Translations under genes and position numbers: made by a program
Virus record (IMG/VR): IMGVR_UViG_2582581026_000003
Coordinates: 3,607-67,606 of that record
Origin: a virus
Lineage: Duplodnaviria > Caudoviricetes
Length of the DNA: 64,000 nucleotides
Direction: 5' to 3' (one strand)
The notes under the pieces: model-generated
The model's database searches: none
The model's input: only the letters and a program-made list of their open reading frames with translations
What the model was told of the DNA's origin: nothing
In this document: positions 1-9,372 of the stretch, one piece after another
How the letters are laid out: each line of letters starts with the position of its first letter
How positions within the stretch are numbered: position 1 is the first letter of the stretch

Positions 1-276
1 CGAGCTAAGCACGCTACCTGCTCCCGGTATAAAGCTTGATAGCGAATCAAGGGATTTATACCCATCTCGCTTACGATACACCCATGAGGATCCAGTATTG
101 CTTCCGGCAAACTGCTCGTCAGGGGTTCCGTAAATTGATTGTATTTCCGACTTTGTTGTTTTGTTTTCAATTACGTGGGATCGTATATATTTTTCGCTAT
201 ATTTATCTTCCCCAACAGAGGCACAAGATGCTATGGTAGTCGCCATCATGGCTAACAGTATGATTTTTTTAATCAC
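1..276 (-). pseudogene. Frameshifted lipoprotein with SmpA/OmlA(BamE)-like segment, runs off the window edge
   Basis: GTG at 276 gives MIKKIILLAMMATTIASC (lipobox-like) and then stops; another frame continues as HVIENKTTKSEIQSIYGTPDEQF..WVY. AT-rich. Confidence 0.4.
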
Positions 277-737
277 TTCATTTCCCTCAAGGCATTATTA
301 ATAAATAGTTTTGTGCTTATACGACGCTCGCACTTATGCCGCCTAACAAAACAGCCTTCAATAATTATACAATTTTGCTAATTCACTACAACATGTGTTT
401 CCCGTATCGCCTGGGACGGGTTCGCCGCAAACTGGGCGGCAGTCAGGTAGAACCGACAACATGGCCCAATCTGGGCACGGTGTGGATAGGATTTCCAGGA
501 TCAGCAGCCACCTAGCGGAGGGGAAGGGTATCGCCATGATATTTCGTTCCTTGAGGGATATTGTCCCCGGCCGCGTAGGGCCGTTCAGACAAATAGGATG
601 GGTGTGGCCTGCTGCAGCGTCAATATAGGACGGATGTGCTAATGGCTCATTGCTATTATTGATTAGGGCCGCGAAAGTTACCGTGGGCCATCAAAAAGGG
701 CACCCCCTCGCCCAGGTTTACCCCCCGATTACACATA

Positions 738-841
738 TAGGCTGGGAACACATCAACCTGACTGGCGGTTACGTCTGGCGGCAGGGCCGCAAGCTGGAAG
801 ACGGGAAATTCAGGCCGTTACGACAGGTCGGAAAACCTTAG
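738..841 (+). pseudogene. tnpA: Tn3-family transposase C-terminal remnant
   Basis: [31 protein letters not shown] matches the typical Tn21/Tn501-type TnpA C-terminus; only ~100 bp remain. Confidence 0.85.
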
Positions 842-874
842 CGTATGATTTTTTCCGAATTCTCTAGGCTCCCC
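837..874 (-). mobile_element. 38-bp terminal inverted repeat of a Tn3-family (Tn501/Tn1721-like) transposon
   Basis: Reverse complement GGGGAGCCTAGAGAATTCGGAAAAAATCATACGCTAAG, overlapping the tnpA stop codon. Confidence 0.9.
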
Positions 875-882
875 ATACAGGT

Positions 883-1221
883 TTGAAAGGGAACTACATC
901 GTCGAAGTCACACTGGCCGGCTCAAGGCTGGAAAAGCTAAACGTCTTGGGCAGTGCTGAAGGTCTGAACCAGTTAAGCGATTTGCTGGTGGCAAAGTACG
1001 GAGAGCCGAGAAGCCGAGAGCTGATCCGACTCGAGACAAAAACCGGTTACTCGTTCGTGAGCGAAGTGATGGGCTGGACAGGCAATGCTTTCTCGATGAC
1101 TCTGCGGCGTAGTGACGACGACACCAGCGCATACTCGCTGACCCTCACCAACTTAAAGCTGTCTCCTCCGGCCTTGTCCAAAGCGGCTCCAGAGGCAGTC
1201 GGAGAGGCCGCAGAGCTATAA
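883..1221 (+). CDS. Hypothetical protein, probably 5'-truncated by the Tn3 insertion
   Basis: 112-aa ORF with a TTG start immediately after the IR and no RBS. Confidence 0.4.
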   Translation: MKGNYIVEVTLAGSRLEKLNVLGSAEGLNQLSDLLVAKYGEPRSRELIRLETKTGYSFVSEVMGWTGNAFSMTLRRSDDDTSAYSLTLTNLKLSPPALSKAAPEAVGEAAEL

Positions 1222-1279
1222 GACGTTCCACCTGTAAAGCCTCACTCCCCCCGCTTACATTGAGGCGAGTTTAAGAAAT

Positions 1280-1489
1280 TCAGTGACGTGTCGCGCCCTC
1301 GCCTCCAAGAGACCGTAGCTGGTACTCGGTGACAGCCTGGTACAGCGATTCAGCCTCCAGCCGCAGGCGCTCGACGTCCTTCTCTGGTTGACCAGAATCC
1401 TGGGCTGCATGGTAGCGGCGCAGCGCATCGATGGCCTGTTGAATCAGCGGCTCGCCAGCCTCAACAACTCCCGTCAGGGTCTTCTTCAC
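1280..1489 (-). CDS. 69-aa conserved helical protein, copy 1
   Basis: MKKTLTGVVEAGEPLIQQAIDA..; paralogous to 5209-5418 and 7081-7290; GGAG RBS and CTATACT -10 upstream. Confidence 0.75.
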   Translation of the reverse strand: MKKTLTGVVEAGEPLIQQAIDALRRYHAAQDSGQPEKDVERLRLEAESLYQAVTEYQLRSLGGEGATRH

Positions 1490-1579
1490 GCTGCTGCTCC
1501 GGCTATTTGATCAGAGCAGTATAGGTCAACGGCCATTCGGGCTTCGCTACGGATCAACCAGATCAGCGACGACCACCAA
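1280..1579. repeat. ~300-bp diverged repeat unit 1 (69-aa gene plus upstream region)
   Basis: Aligns with 5209-5511 and 7081-7381; all three end in CCAGATCAGCGACGAYYACCAA. Confidence 0.9.
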
Positions 1580-1642
1580 TGTCACCTTCCGGCCAAAAGC
1601 AGTCATCGAGCATGCACAAAATCAGGGGTTTCTCACTTTGAG

Positions 1643-2533
1643 CTAACGCGGCGCGTGTAATTCTGCAATAACCTGGACAAGCCAATCTCTGGATGCACTG
1701 CCCGAAGCTCTTCTATGCCATCCCACAACCACATTGAAGTTTAGGGAAGACATATCTATGTCAATCACTTGGAAGCCACCGGTGGCAGCAATGGCCGAGG
1801 GTACGAAAGCCACCGTATCATTCACGTGCATAAACGCTTGCAGAGACGTGTAGCAGGGCAAAGTGGCAATCACTGTGCGGCTGACCTCCTGCGCACTAAG
1901 GAAGTCATCCACTCGACTCCCCAGATTGCCTACTCCACTAGCGAAATCCACATGAGGATGTAAGGACACATCTGCAAGCACCTGTATCTGCCGAGGCAAC
2001 AGCGAACCTTGCCGAGCGACGCAGCAGTAGTGGTCGCTTCTCAGTCTATTCCGCACTAATCCCGGATCAACGTAGTCAGAAAAACCAATCACTAGGTCAG
2101 CCTCTCCTTGCGCCAGCGTCTTGACATGCTGATCGGGATTGAAGTCAATGACTTCAAGCTTCACCCCGGGCGCGCGTTCGCGCATGAGCAGCGAAAGCGA
2201 CGGGATGATAGACAGTTGCGCATATTCATTTGCGATCACCCTGAATGCGTACTCACTCGTTGCCGGATCGAATGGGAATGAATTGAAGATGCCGTCGATC
2301 TCTTCAACTATTTTCTCGAATTTAGCTGCGAGGTCGTACGCATAGTCGGTCGGCTGTAGGCCTGCGCTCTGGCGCAGGAACAGCTCATTGGGAAACACTT
2401 CACGCATGCGCTTGAGGTAGTTGCTAACCGCCTGTTGTGATATCTCAAGCCGCTCGGCAACGCGAGAAACGTTTTTCTCGCGCACGAGATGCAGTAAAAC
2501 CCGCATGTGCCGGACATCGATCTTCTCAATCAT
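1643..2533 (-). CDS. LysR-family transcriptional regulator
   Basis: N-terminal HTH (NVSRVAERLEISQQAVSNYLKRMR), LFLRQSAGLQPT, 296 aa; divergent from the SDR gene. Confidence 0.93.
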   Translation of the reverse strand: MIEKIDVRHMRVLLHLVREKNVSRVAERLEISQQAVSNYLKRMREVFPNELFLRQSAGLQPTDYAYDLAAKFEKIVEEIDGIFNSFPFDPATSEYAFRVIANEYAQLSIIPSLSLLMRERAPGVKLEVIDFNPDQHVKTLAQGEADLVIGFSDYVDPGLVRNRLRSDHYCCVARQGSLLPRQIQVLADVSLHPHVDFASGVGNLGSRVDDFLSAQEVSRTVIATLPCYTSLQAFMHVNDTVAFVPSAIAATGGFQVIDIDMSSLNFNVVVGWHRRASGSASRDWLVQVIAELHAPR

Positions 2534-2625
2534 TTTTGTTGTATCTCATACAAGCTTGTCGTGATTTCCATTGTATCACTGGGCGCCTAGAGTATCGCCT
2601 CCTTAAGATTTTACGAGGCATTACT

Positions 2626-3234
2626 ATGAAAACCGTAATTTTGATTGGTGCCCAAGGGCACATGGGCCAAGCCGCTATGACCGGTCTCAAGAAACACAAC
2701 GTCATCACCGCCAGCCGCTCCGGCACAGGCTGCGACCACACGGTAGATATCACCAGCAAGGCGTCGATCAAGGCGCTGTTCGAAAAGGTTGGGCCGTTCG
2801 ATGCTGTCGTTAATACAGTTGGTTACTGCGAATACGCTAACTTCAGCGAAATGACAGATGAGCAGTGGGACACAACTATCCAAAGCAAGATGGTCGGCCA
2901 GATCAATCTGGTAAATGTGGGCCTGAACTACATCAACGATGGCGGTTCGTTTACGTTGATTTCGGGCATTCTCAATGTCAAACCTATTCCTGTGGCAATT
3001 GCTGACGCCACCACCAGCGGCGCCATCGACACCTTCGTACAGTGCGTAGCGCACGAGCTTCCACGCCAGGTTCGCATCAACGTGGTCAACCCTACAGTTC
3101 TGGAAGAGGCGTGGGACGTGTATGGGGAAATGATGCCAGGCTTCCAGCCTGTCCCTGGCGCGCTGGTAGGCAAAGCCTTCGAGCGTTCGGTTGATGGCTT
3201 CATCACCGGAAAGGTTATATTCGTCGACGCTTGA
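2626..3234 (+). CDS. Short-chain dehydrogenase/reductase
   Basis: Rossmann motif IGAQGHMG, DAVVNTVG, RINVVNP; RBS GAGG before ATG 2626. Confidence 0.9.
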   Translation: MKTVILIGAQGHMGQAAMTGLKKHNVITASRSGTGCDHTVDITSKASIKALFEKVGPFDAVVNTVGYCEYANFSEMTDEQWDTTIQSKMVGQINLVNVGLNYINDGGSFTLISGILNVKPIPVAIADATTSGAIDTFVQCVAHELPRQVRINVVNPTVLEEAWDVYGEMMPGFQPVPGALVGKAFERSVDGFITGKVIFVDA

Positions 3235-3439
3235 AGAAGAGTCCATCTGCACTGAAAGTAAGTTACTGAAATTTAAGATGGCGCCGACTTGGAAGTTAAT
3301 CAGGTCGGATGCCCCTCAAGCTACATGCATCTATATTAAGTTAATTTATGACCCTAATTAAAAGACTCAACCTTTATCCGTTTGCGCGGTTTTCATGCGC
3401 GCCTAGAAAATCATCACTTAAACTGACGAGATCTATATC

Positions 3440-3655
3440 ATGAAGATTTTAAATGGCTTTATTGTCACGCTTTTGCTTGTCGCTGGCTACACACAGGTAC
3501 ATGCCGAAGACGGTCATGATCGCTCTATGAAGAGGCATGCACAATTTAGAACTGAACAAAAAATTATTCACGGATATGAAGTTGAAAAGAAGGAGTTGAA
3601 GTCTGAGGCTGTCAGCCATGATAAAGCCAATTGCAAAAGATCTAGCGCAAGCTAG
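3440..3655 (+). CDS. Small secreted protein
   Basis: Signal peptide ending VHA followed by EDGHDRS; resembles small Pseudomonas periplasmic proteins. Confidence 0.6.
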   Translation: MKILNGFIVTLLLVAGYTQVHAEDGHDRSMKRHAQFRTEQKIIHGYEVEKKELKSEAVSHDKANCKRSSAS

Positions 3656-3766
3656 TCTCAGCTCTTGGGGTGCACTCATCTGAGATTTTCAAATATCTTG
3701 TCGGTTGTCCGAAACGCTTACCATCTTGGGCACCACTAAGTTGCAAGCTTTCGGGATTTTTCACCT

Positions 3767-4124
3767 ATGGCTCCAACAGTGCTGGTCGTAGAAGCTGATG
3801 AAATATTGCGCTCCCTAACGGTTGAGGCGATTTCGCTTCTGGGTGTATGTGTGATTGATTGTGCCTCTGCAGATGACGCTCTCGCCATGCTGGATGACTC
3901 GACTTCAATTGCGCTAGTCATTACTGATCTGCATACCTGGCAAGATGGATGGGCTGGAGTTCGTGAATGTGATTTGGTCGCGTTGGCCATGCTTGCCTGT
4001 CATCGTGACGTCTGGCAATACATTGGCTCCAAACGGGCTGTGGCCCTCCCAGTCAATGCTCATGAGTAAGCCATGGTCACTGGATGCGTTGTATAAAGCG
4101 GTCAGGACGTATCTGTCGGTTTAG
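3767..4124 (+). pseudogene. Single-domain response regulator, frameshifted
   Basis: VLVVEADE..LVITDLH, then a frameshift near 3934 to PGKMDGLEF..PVIVTSG..KPWSLD..*. Confidence 0.8.
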
Positions 4125-4329
4125 TAACAGCATGCTAACGGCTCTATGTTCGCGCCAGAAAAGTCTCATCACCTGATGCAAGATGACTGGCCGTTGCGTG
4201 GACTAAGCGACCGACCGCATGTGGCCGTTTACTGCCCTTCGCAACAGGCAGCAAACGACCCGGAGCAGACACTGAGTGAGACGGAAAATGAATCACGTGA
4301 CCTGGGCATTCAAGCCTGATCCGACACCA

Positions 4330-4941
4330 TCAAATGCCAAGATGCTTGTCGATTAGCTGCGCGACAGCCTCGGCATGAGTATGGCCGAGATCATGACCTG
4401 CCTCGGGGAACAACTCCAGCCTGGCATCGGGTATCAGTTTCGCCAGCCGTTGGCCAACCGAGACTGGGCTTATTGGGTCCGCGCCTCCCCACAACAGCAG
4501 TACTGGAAGTTGTAGTTCAGGTAGACGGCCAGAAAGCTCGGTGCGATCGTCCAAGAACCAGCGTGGGAGGGTTGGGTTATCTGACTCGAACGCCGCGCGC
4601 CAGTTCTCTGCACCCAACGCTGGAACATTCAAACCTCCCGACGTGACGGCCAGGATCAGGTGGGTGACCAAGTCAGGGCGCTCAAGCGCAATCTGCACCG
4701 CGACAACTCCGCCCATAGATTGCGCCACCAAGGCCACGGGCCTGTCGATCTCTGCAATCGCAAGAGTAGCGAGATGCTCCAGACAGGTTATCTGCGGATT
4801 TGCTGGCGAATCGCCAAAACCGGGCCAGCCCATGTGTTGCACAGCAATTGACGTTTCGAGGGCTTCGGCGACCGGTTTCCAAAATTGATTGTTGCCGGAG
4901 GCGCCGGGGAGGAAAAGAATTTTTTGGGGAGAGGTAGTCAC
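4330..4941 (-). CDS. Alpha/beta-fold hydrolase
   Basis: LFLPGASG, nucleophile elbow AQSMGG, LLLWGGADP, AGH. Confidence 0.9.
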   Translation of the reverse strand: MTTSPQKILFLPGASGNNQFWKPVAEALETSIAVQHMGWPGFGDSPANPQITCLEHLATLAIAEIDRPVALVAQSMGGVVAVQIALERPDLVTHLILAVTSGGLNVPALGAENWRAAFESDNPTLPRWFLDDRTELSGRLPELQLPVLLLWGGADPISPVSVGQRLAKLIPDARLELFPEAGHDLGHTHAEAVAQLIDKHLGI

Positions 4942-5054
4942 GGCTCGGTCCTTGAGTCAGGGTTGCAGCAACTTACGGGCATTCGCAGCCATGCGCAAAT
5001 GATATGCGCGCAGGAGAGATATCTGCTGCCGCTAGCGGCTTGGTTTTTTCCAGA

Positions 5055-5195
5055 TCACTGCTCGATGCCTCGGACGTAGGCCTGGCACGCCCGCAAGGCA
5101 ATCAATCCTTGGTCGCCGGCATCGGTGACTGCGACAATTCGTTGAGCAGCCGCTGGGTCAAGTTCGCCTCGCGCGGCTCCATGAACCACGCCGCA
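5055..5195 (-). pseudogene. Rz (i-spanin) 3' fragment, second copy
   Basis: Highly similar to 9108-9248; encodes ..GDQGLIALRACQAYVRGIEQ*. Confidence 0.85.
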
Positions 5196-5208
5196 GGTGT
5201 CGGACTAT

Positions 5209-5418
5209 TCAATGGAGTGAGCGCGCAGGCCCGCCAAGCGACCGCAGCTGATACTTAGTGACAGCCTGGTACAGCGACTCAGCCTCCTGCCGCAGGCGTT
5301 CGACCTCCTTTGCTGGCTGGCCGGCGTCCTGGGCGGCGTGGTATCGACGCTGCGCATCGATGGCCTGCTGAATCAGCGGCTCACCAGCCTCGATAACTCC
5401 CACCAGGGTCTGCTTCAC
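5209..5418 (-). CDS. 69-aa conserved helical protein, copy 2
   Basis: Paralog of copies 1 and 3. Confidence 0.75.
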   Translation of the reverse strand: MKQTLVGVIEAGEPLIQQAIDAQRRYHAAQDAGQPAKEVERLRQEAESLYQAVTKYQLRSLGGPARSLH

Positions 5419-5666
5419 GACGCTACTGCTCCGGCTATTTGATCAGAGCAGCATTGACCAAGGGGAATTGGGGCTTGGCTGCGGGTCAACCAGATCAGCG
5501 ACGACCACCAACGGCTACGTCTGGCATCAGTGATTGCTGCTGATAAGCATTACTCCGAAATTCTTCCATAAGCGTTCTGCGAATACACCCTGCGTAGTTA
5601 AACGGGAGCCAACTTATGCGCAGCAACTCCGTAGTCTCATCGTTCGCTGCGTCGGCAGGCGCGTTA

Positions 5667-6803
5667 CTAACAGGAAGACTTGAGAATAGGTAACGATACG
5701 CGGAAAATCGTACCCTGTTCCAGCGTCGACTCCACCTCTATCTTTCCACCGTGTCCCGCCACTATCTCAGCGGCTATAAATAATCCCAAGCCCAAGCCAA
5801 CAGTCTCTCCTCGATTATCGTTCGAGTATCTGGAATAACGGCCTTCAGGGCTGAAGAGAATTGGTATTGCGGCGGGAGGAATCGGTTCGCCAAAATTTAG
5901 CACATTGAAAAAAGCTGAGGTTGCATTCCCTTTCAAAGTGACGTGGATGGGCTGGTGCAAATCGCCATGTCGCACCGCATTGCCGATCAGATTAGAGAAA
6001 ACCTGGGCCATCCGTGCTGGATCAAACCGCCCAACGATTTTTCCAGTGTCGTTGAATACAATCTGCGCTTGAGGATGACCAGCGCGGATTTCGTTTACGG
6101 TGTCTTGGCATATGGAGTGCAACTCAGTGACTTCTCCCTTGATCGTGAGTCCTGTCCCGAGGTTACAGCGCGCCAAGTCGAGTAAATCGCTGACCATCTG
6201 ATTGGCACCGCGAACACTGGTAGCAATCTGGGCTGCAATCATTTTTTCGCGGTCGGGCAGTTGTTTCGATTTGCGCAACAGGTCGGCGCCCATCAGCACG
6301 GCACTCAACGGCGTGCGTAAATCATGGCCCAACACGCCCAAGACCATTTTTCTGGTCGTTTCTACAGCGTCCCCATAGGCTGCGATCGACTCGACCAGCG
6401 CTTGATCAATCGCTTCATTGAAGCGAACCATATCCGCAACATGGTAGCCGTCCCCCGTATATTCTTGCTCCAACCATAATCTGAGTACGCTCGACCTGAG
6501 GGCTCGATACTCGGAGACCATCTGATCTAGAGTGAAACCGGCCATCAAGCGATTGACTGTGTGGCTTTGAGCCGGTGTCTCGTCTTCGCTGACAGGGCCT
6601 TGGCCAAGGGACTTGTCAATCTGTTGCTGCTCGGTTTGACAGGTTCGCATGTCGAGCGCGACAGTTCTCAAGATCAGTTGCGCATGGTTTCTCAGACCTT
6701 TGGCGTCGAGATCTGGCATCGGGGTTTCCACAGACCTCGCGAAGTCTTCCCACGCTTGCAGAATATGCTTCATGTTGACGAAGATGAAATCTGACAGTCG
6801 CAT
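5667..6803 (-). CDS. Cytoplasmic sensor histidine kinase (RsbRD_N-like N-terminus, HisKA, HATPase)
   Basis: H-box GHDLRTPL, N-box NLIGNAVRHG, G-box GLGLGLFI; no TM segments evident. Confidence 0.92.
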   Translation of the reverse strand: MRLSDFIFVNMKHILQAWEDFARSVETPMPDLDAKGLRNHAQLILRTVALDMRTCQTEQQQIDKSLGQGPVSEDETPAQSHTVNRLMAGFTLDQMVSEYRALRSSVLRLWLEQEYTGDGYHVADMVRFNEAIDQALVESIAAYGDAVETTRKMVLGVLGHDLRTPLSAVLMGADLLRKSKQLPDREKMIAAQIATSVRGANQMVSDLLDLARCNLGTGLTIKGEVTELHSICQDTVNEIRAGHPQAQIVFNDTGKIVGRFDPARMAQVFSNLIGNAVRHGDLHQPIHVTLKGNATSAFFNVLNFGEPIPPAAIPILFSPEGRYSRYSNDNRGETVGLGLGLFIAAEIVAGHGGKIEVESTLEQGTIFRVSLPILKSSC

Positions 6804-7080
6804 GGCCGACCTCATTAAGCATCTTTTTTAGAATCATGATATGAGCATATCAGCCCTACCGCATGTGGAAAGGCAGCACAGCGCGTGCACGCAACCGTTC
6901 GTCAGACATGTGAAAGGCGCCTCAGAACTAGCTCCCAAATCTTAGAACGGCCCCTAGATGCTAGCTATGTCGGCCACTGTTTTGGTCGTAGGGGACGACA
7001 AAATATGGCGCAGCCCGATGCCTGAAGAGGCTTTCCCTGCTCAATGCCGCCGGCGCCAGATGGCCGGAGGTGAGTCGAGT

Positions 7081-7290
7081 TCAGTGCAGTGAGCGCGCAG
7101 GCCCGCCGAGTGACCGCAGTTGGTACTCGGTGACAGCCTGGTACAGCGACTCAGCCTCCAGACGCAGGCGTTCGACTTCCTTCGCGGGCTGGCCGGCGTC
7201 CTGGGCTTCGTGATAGCGGCGCTGCGCATCGATCGCCTGCTGAATCAGCGGCTCGCCAGCCTCGATAACTCCCGCCAGGGTCTTCTTCAC
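7081..7290 (-). CDS. 69-aa conserved helical protein, copy 3
   Basis: Paralog of copies 1 and 2; GTG start at 7290. Confidence 0.75.
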   Translation of the reverse strand: MKKTLAGVIEAGEPLIQQAIDAQRRYHEAQDAGQPAKEVERLRLEAESLYQAVTEYQLRSLGGPARSLH

Positions 7291-7380
7291 GCGCTGCCGC
7301 TCCAGTAATTTGATCAAGTAGCATAGGCCAATGGCGATTCAGGCTTTGCTGCTGGGCGGCCAGATCAGCGACGATTACCA

Positions 7381-7408
7381 ATGTCTGCTTCCGGCCAGAA
7401 GCGGACAT
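7381..7408. repeat. Palindromic junction motif ATGTCTGCTTC-CGGCCA-GAAGCGGACAT
   Basis: Near-perfect inverted repeat; related degenerate copies at 1578-1606, 4213-4273 and 9062-9085. Confidence 0.7.
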
Positions 7409-7591
7409 AATTAGAGGACGAGTTGTATGACAGTCTTTGGCGGGCCCTAGGCGGCCGTGCAACTCCCGGGCTGAAGGTCTGACTCATGCTCCTGCGAAGT
7501 GGGCACTTATACCTGCTTTTTACACAAAATTTACGGAAGACCGAAGTTGAGCATAGGATATTGCACGGCGTTAATTTCGTAGGCTAACCGT

Positions 7592-9046
7592 ATGTCTCTC
7601 GCAGCAATGCGGCTTGTCGGCTTCATCTTAGGAGTTTTCCTGATCACCCTGGCAGTAAGCATGGTTATTCCCATGGTTACGTTGGTAGTGTATGAGCGAG
7701 TCGATGAGCTCGGCGCTTTTCTGTGGTCTAGCCTAATTACGTTGATCTGTGGGCTAGCGCTTATTGGGCGCAGGCGCCCAGACGCATCACAGCTGCGCCC
7801 AAGGGATATGTATTTCTTGACAACGGCGAGCTGGGTTGTGGTTTGCACCTTCGCGGCCCTCCCGATGGTGTTCATCCACCACATCAGTTACACCGACGCG
7901 TTTTTTGAAACGATGTCAGGGATCACAACGACAGGCTCGACTGTCCTCACTGGCTTGGATACCGCATCTCCCGGCTTGCTGATCTGGCGCTCCATGCTGC
8001 ACTGGTTGGGAGGCATAGGCTTCATCGGCATGGCTGTAGCCATCCTTCCGTTGTTGCGAGTTGGTGGCATGCGCCTCTTCCAGACAGAGTCTTCAGACTG
8101 GTCGGAGAAAGTAACGCCGCGATCCCATGTGGCAGCCAAATACATCCTTGTGCTCTATCTGGGGCTCACGGGTGCTGGAGCGCTAGCACTTTGGCTCGTT
8201 GGAATGACACCGTTTGAAGCGATCAACCACGCAATGTCATTGATTTCTACGGGTGGATTCTCAACGTCGGACTCCTCACTCGGGCATTGGACGCAGCCCG
8301 CGATTCATTGGGTTGCGGTGGTCGTCATGATCTTGGGTAGCCTGCCATTCACCTTATACGTCGCGACATTGCGCGGCAATCGGCGTGCGTTACTGATGGA
8401 TCACCAAGTACGAGGGTTTCTCGGGTTCTTGACTGTCACTTCGCTGGCTGTGGGTACGTGGTTATGCTTTCACAGCGAGTATGACTGGTGGGACGCCGTT
8501 CGGATCGTGGCGGTCAACGTGACTTCCGTCGTCACGACCACCGGAATTGCGGTTGGTGACTACACACTATGGGGCAGTTTTGCCGTTCTGTTGTTCTTCT
8601 ACCTAACCTTTGTCGGTGGGTGCTCAGGCTCGACGGCAGGCGGTCTTAAAATCTTCCGCTTTCAAGTGGCTGCTGCCCTGCTTGTTAGTAATTTGAAGCA
8701 ACTGATTCATCCACGCGCGGTCATTCAGAAAAAATACAATGGACATCCCATTGACGAGGAGATCGTGCGCTCGCTTTTGACTTTCTCGTTTTTCTTCACA
8801 ATCACCATTGCCCTGATTGCGTTAGGACTGGCTCTAATTGGGCTGGACTGGACGACTGCTCTGAGTGGTGCCGCCACTGCTGTTTGCAACGTTGGGCCAG
8901 GCGTGGGCACAATCATCGGGCCTGCCGGTAACTTCTCATCATTACCTGATGCAGCAAAGTGGCTGTTGACCATTGGTATGCTCCTGGGACGACTTGAAAT
9001 CCTGACGGTGCTAGTGATGGTAACCCCGGTATTCTGGAGGTATTAG
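7592..9046 (+). CDS. trkH: Trk-system potassium uptake membrane protein
   Basis: 484 aa, multi-TM, pore motifs SGITTTGST, STGGFS, TTTG, GGCSGSTAGGLK, GRLEI. Confidence 0.95.
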   Translation: MSLAAMRLVGFILGVFLITLAVSMVIPMVTLVVYERVDELGAFLWSSLITLICGLALIGRRRPDASQLRPRDMYFLTTASWVVVCTFAALPMVFIHHISYTDAFFETMSGITTTGSTVLTGLDTASPGLLIWRSMLHWLGGIGFIGMAVAILPLLRVGGMRLFQTESSDWSEKVTPRSHVAAKYILVLYLGLTGAGALALWLVGMTPFEAINHAMSLISTGGFSTSDSSLGHWTQPAIHWVAVVVMILGSLPFTLYVATLRGNRRALLMDHQVRGFLGFLTVTSLAVGTWLCFHSEYDWWDAVRIVAVNVTSVVTTTGIAVGDYTLWGSFAVLLFFYLTFVGGCSGSTAGGLKIFRFQVAAALLVSNLKQLIHPRAVIQKKYNGHPIDEEIVRSLLTFSFFFTITIALIALGLALIGLDWTTALSGAATAVCNVGPGVGTIIGPAGNFSSLPDAAKWLLTIGMLLGRLEILTVLVMVTPVFWRY

Positions 9047-9107
9047 CTGTCCACTGCAAAGGGCAGCTATGGATCGATAGCAACCGTCTGGGCTGCCTTT
9101 TTCCAGC

Positions 9108-9372
9108 TCACCGCTCGATCTCTCGGACGTGGGCCTGGCACGCCCGCAGGGCAATCAATCCTTGGTCGCCGGCATCGGTGATGGCGACAATTCGTTGAGC
9201 AGCCGCTGGGTCAAGTTCGCCTCGCGGGGCTCCATGAACCACGCCGCCGGCGCCGGTGGTGGCTGGCACCCCACAGCCACTACCCTGGGCTGGGGCGGCG
9301 AGCAGGACTGACAGCCGGAGATCAGAAGTAGCGAGGTGATCGCGAAGGCTAGCCTGGGTTGCTTGAGCATTG
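9108..9372 (-). pseudogene. Lambda Rz-type i-spanin, 5'-truncated
   Basis: SNAQATQASLRD.LATSDLRLSVLL..ELDPAAAQRIVAITDAGDQGLIALRACQA; no N-terminal TM. Confidence 0.8.
9155..9370 (-). CDS. Rz1-like o-spanin lipoprotein nested in the Rz fragment
   Basis: Lipobox LISGC, Pro-rich, alternative frame inside Rz. Confidence 0.6.
   Translation of the reverse strand: MLKQPRLAFAITSLLLISGCQSCSPPQPRVVAVGCQPPPAPAAWFMEPREANLTQRLLNELSPSPMPATKD

Noticed and set aside
1280-9100. Classical integron or CRISPR interpretation of the left repeats
   Set aside because: No intI or cas gene, no attC-type ends, and the repeats are gene-sized, diverged and irregularly spaced.
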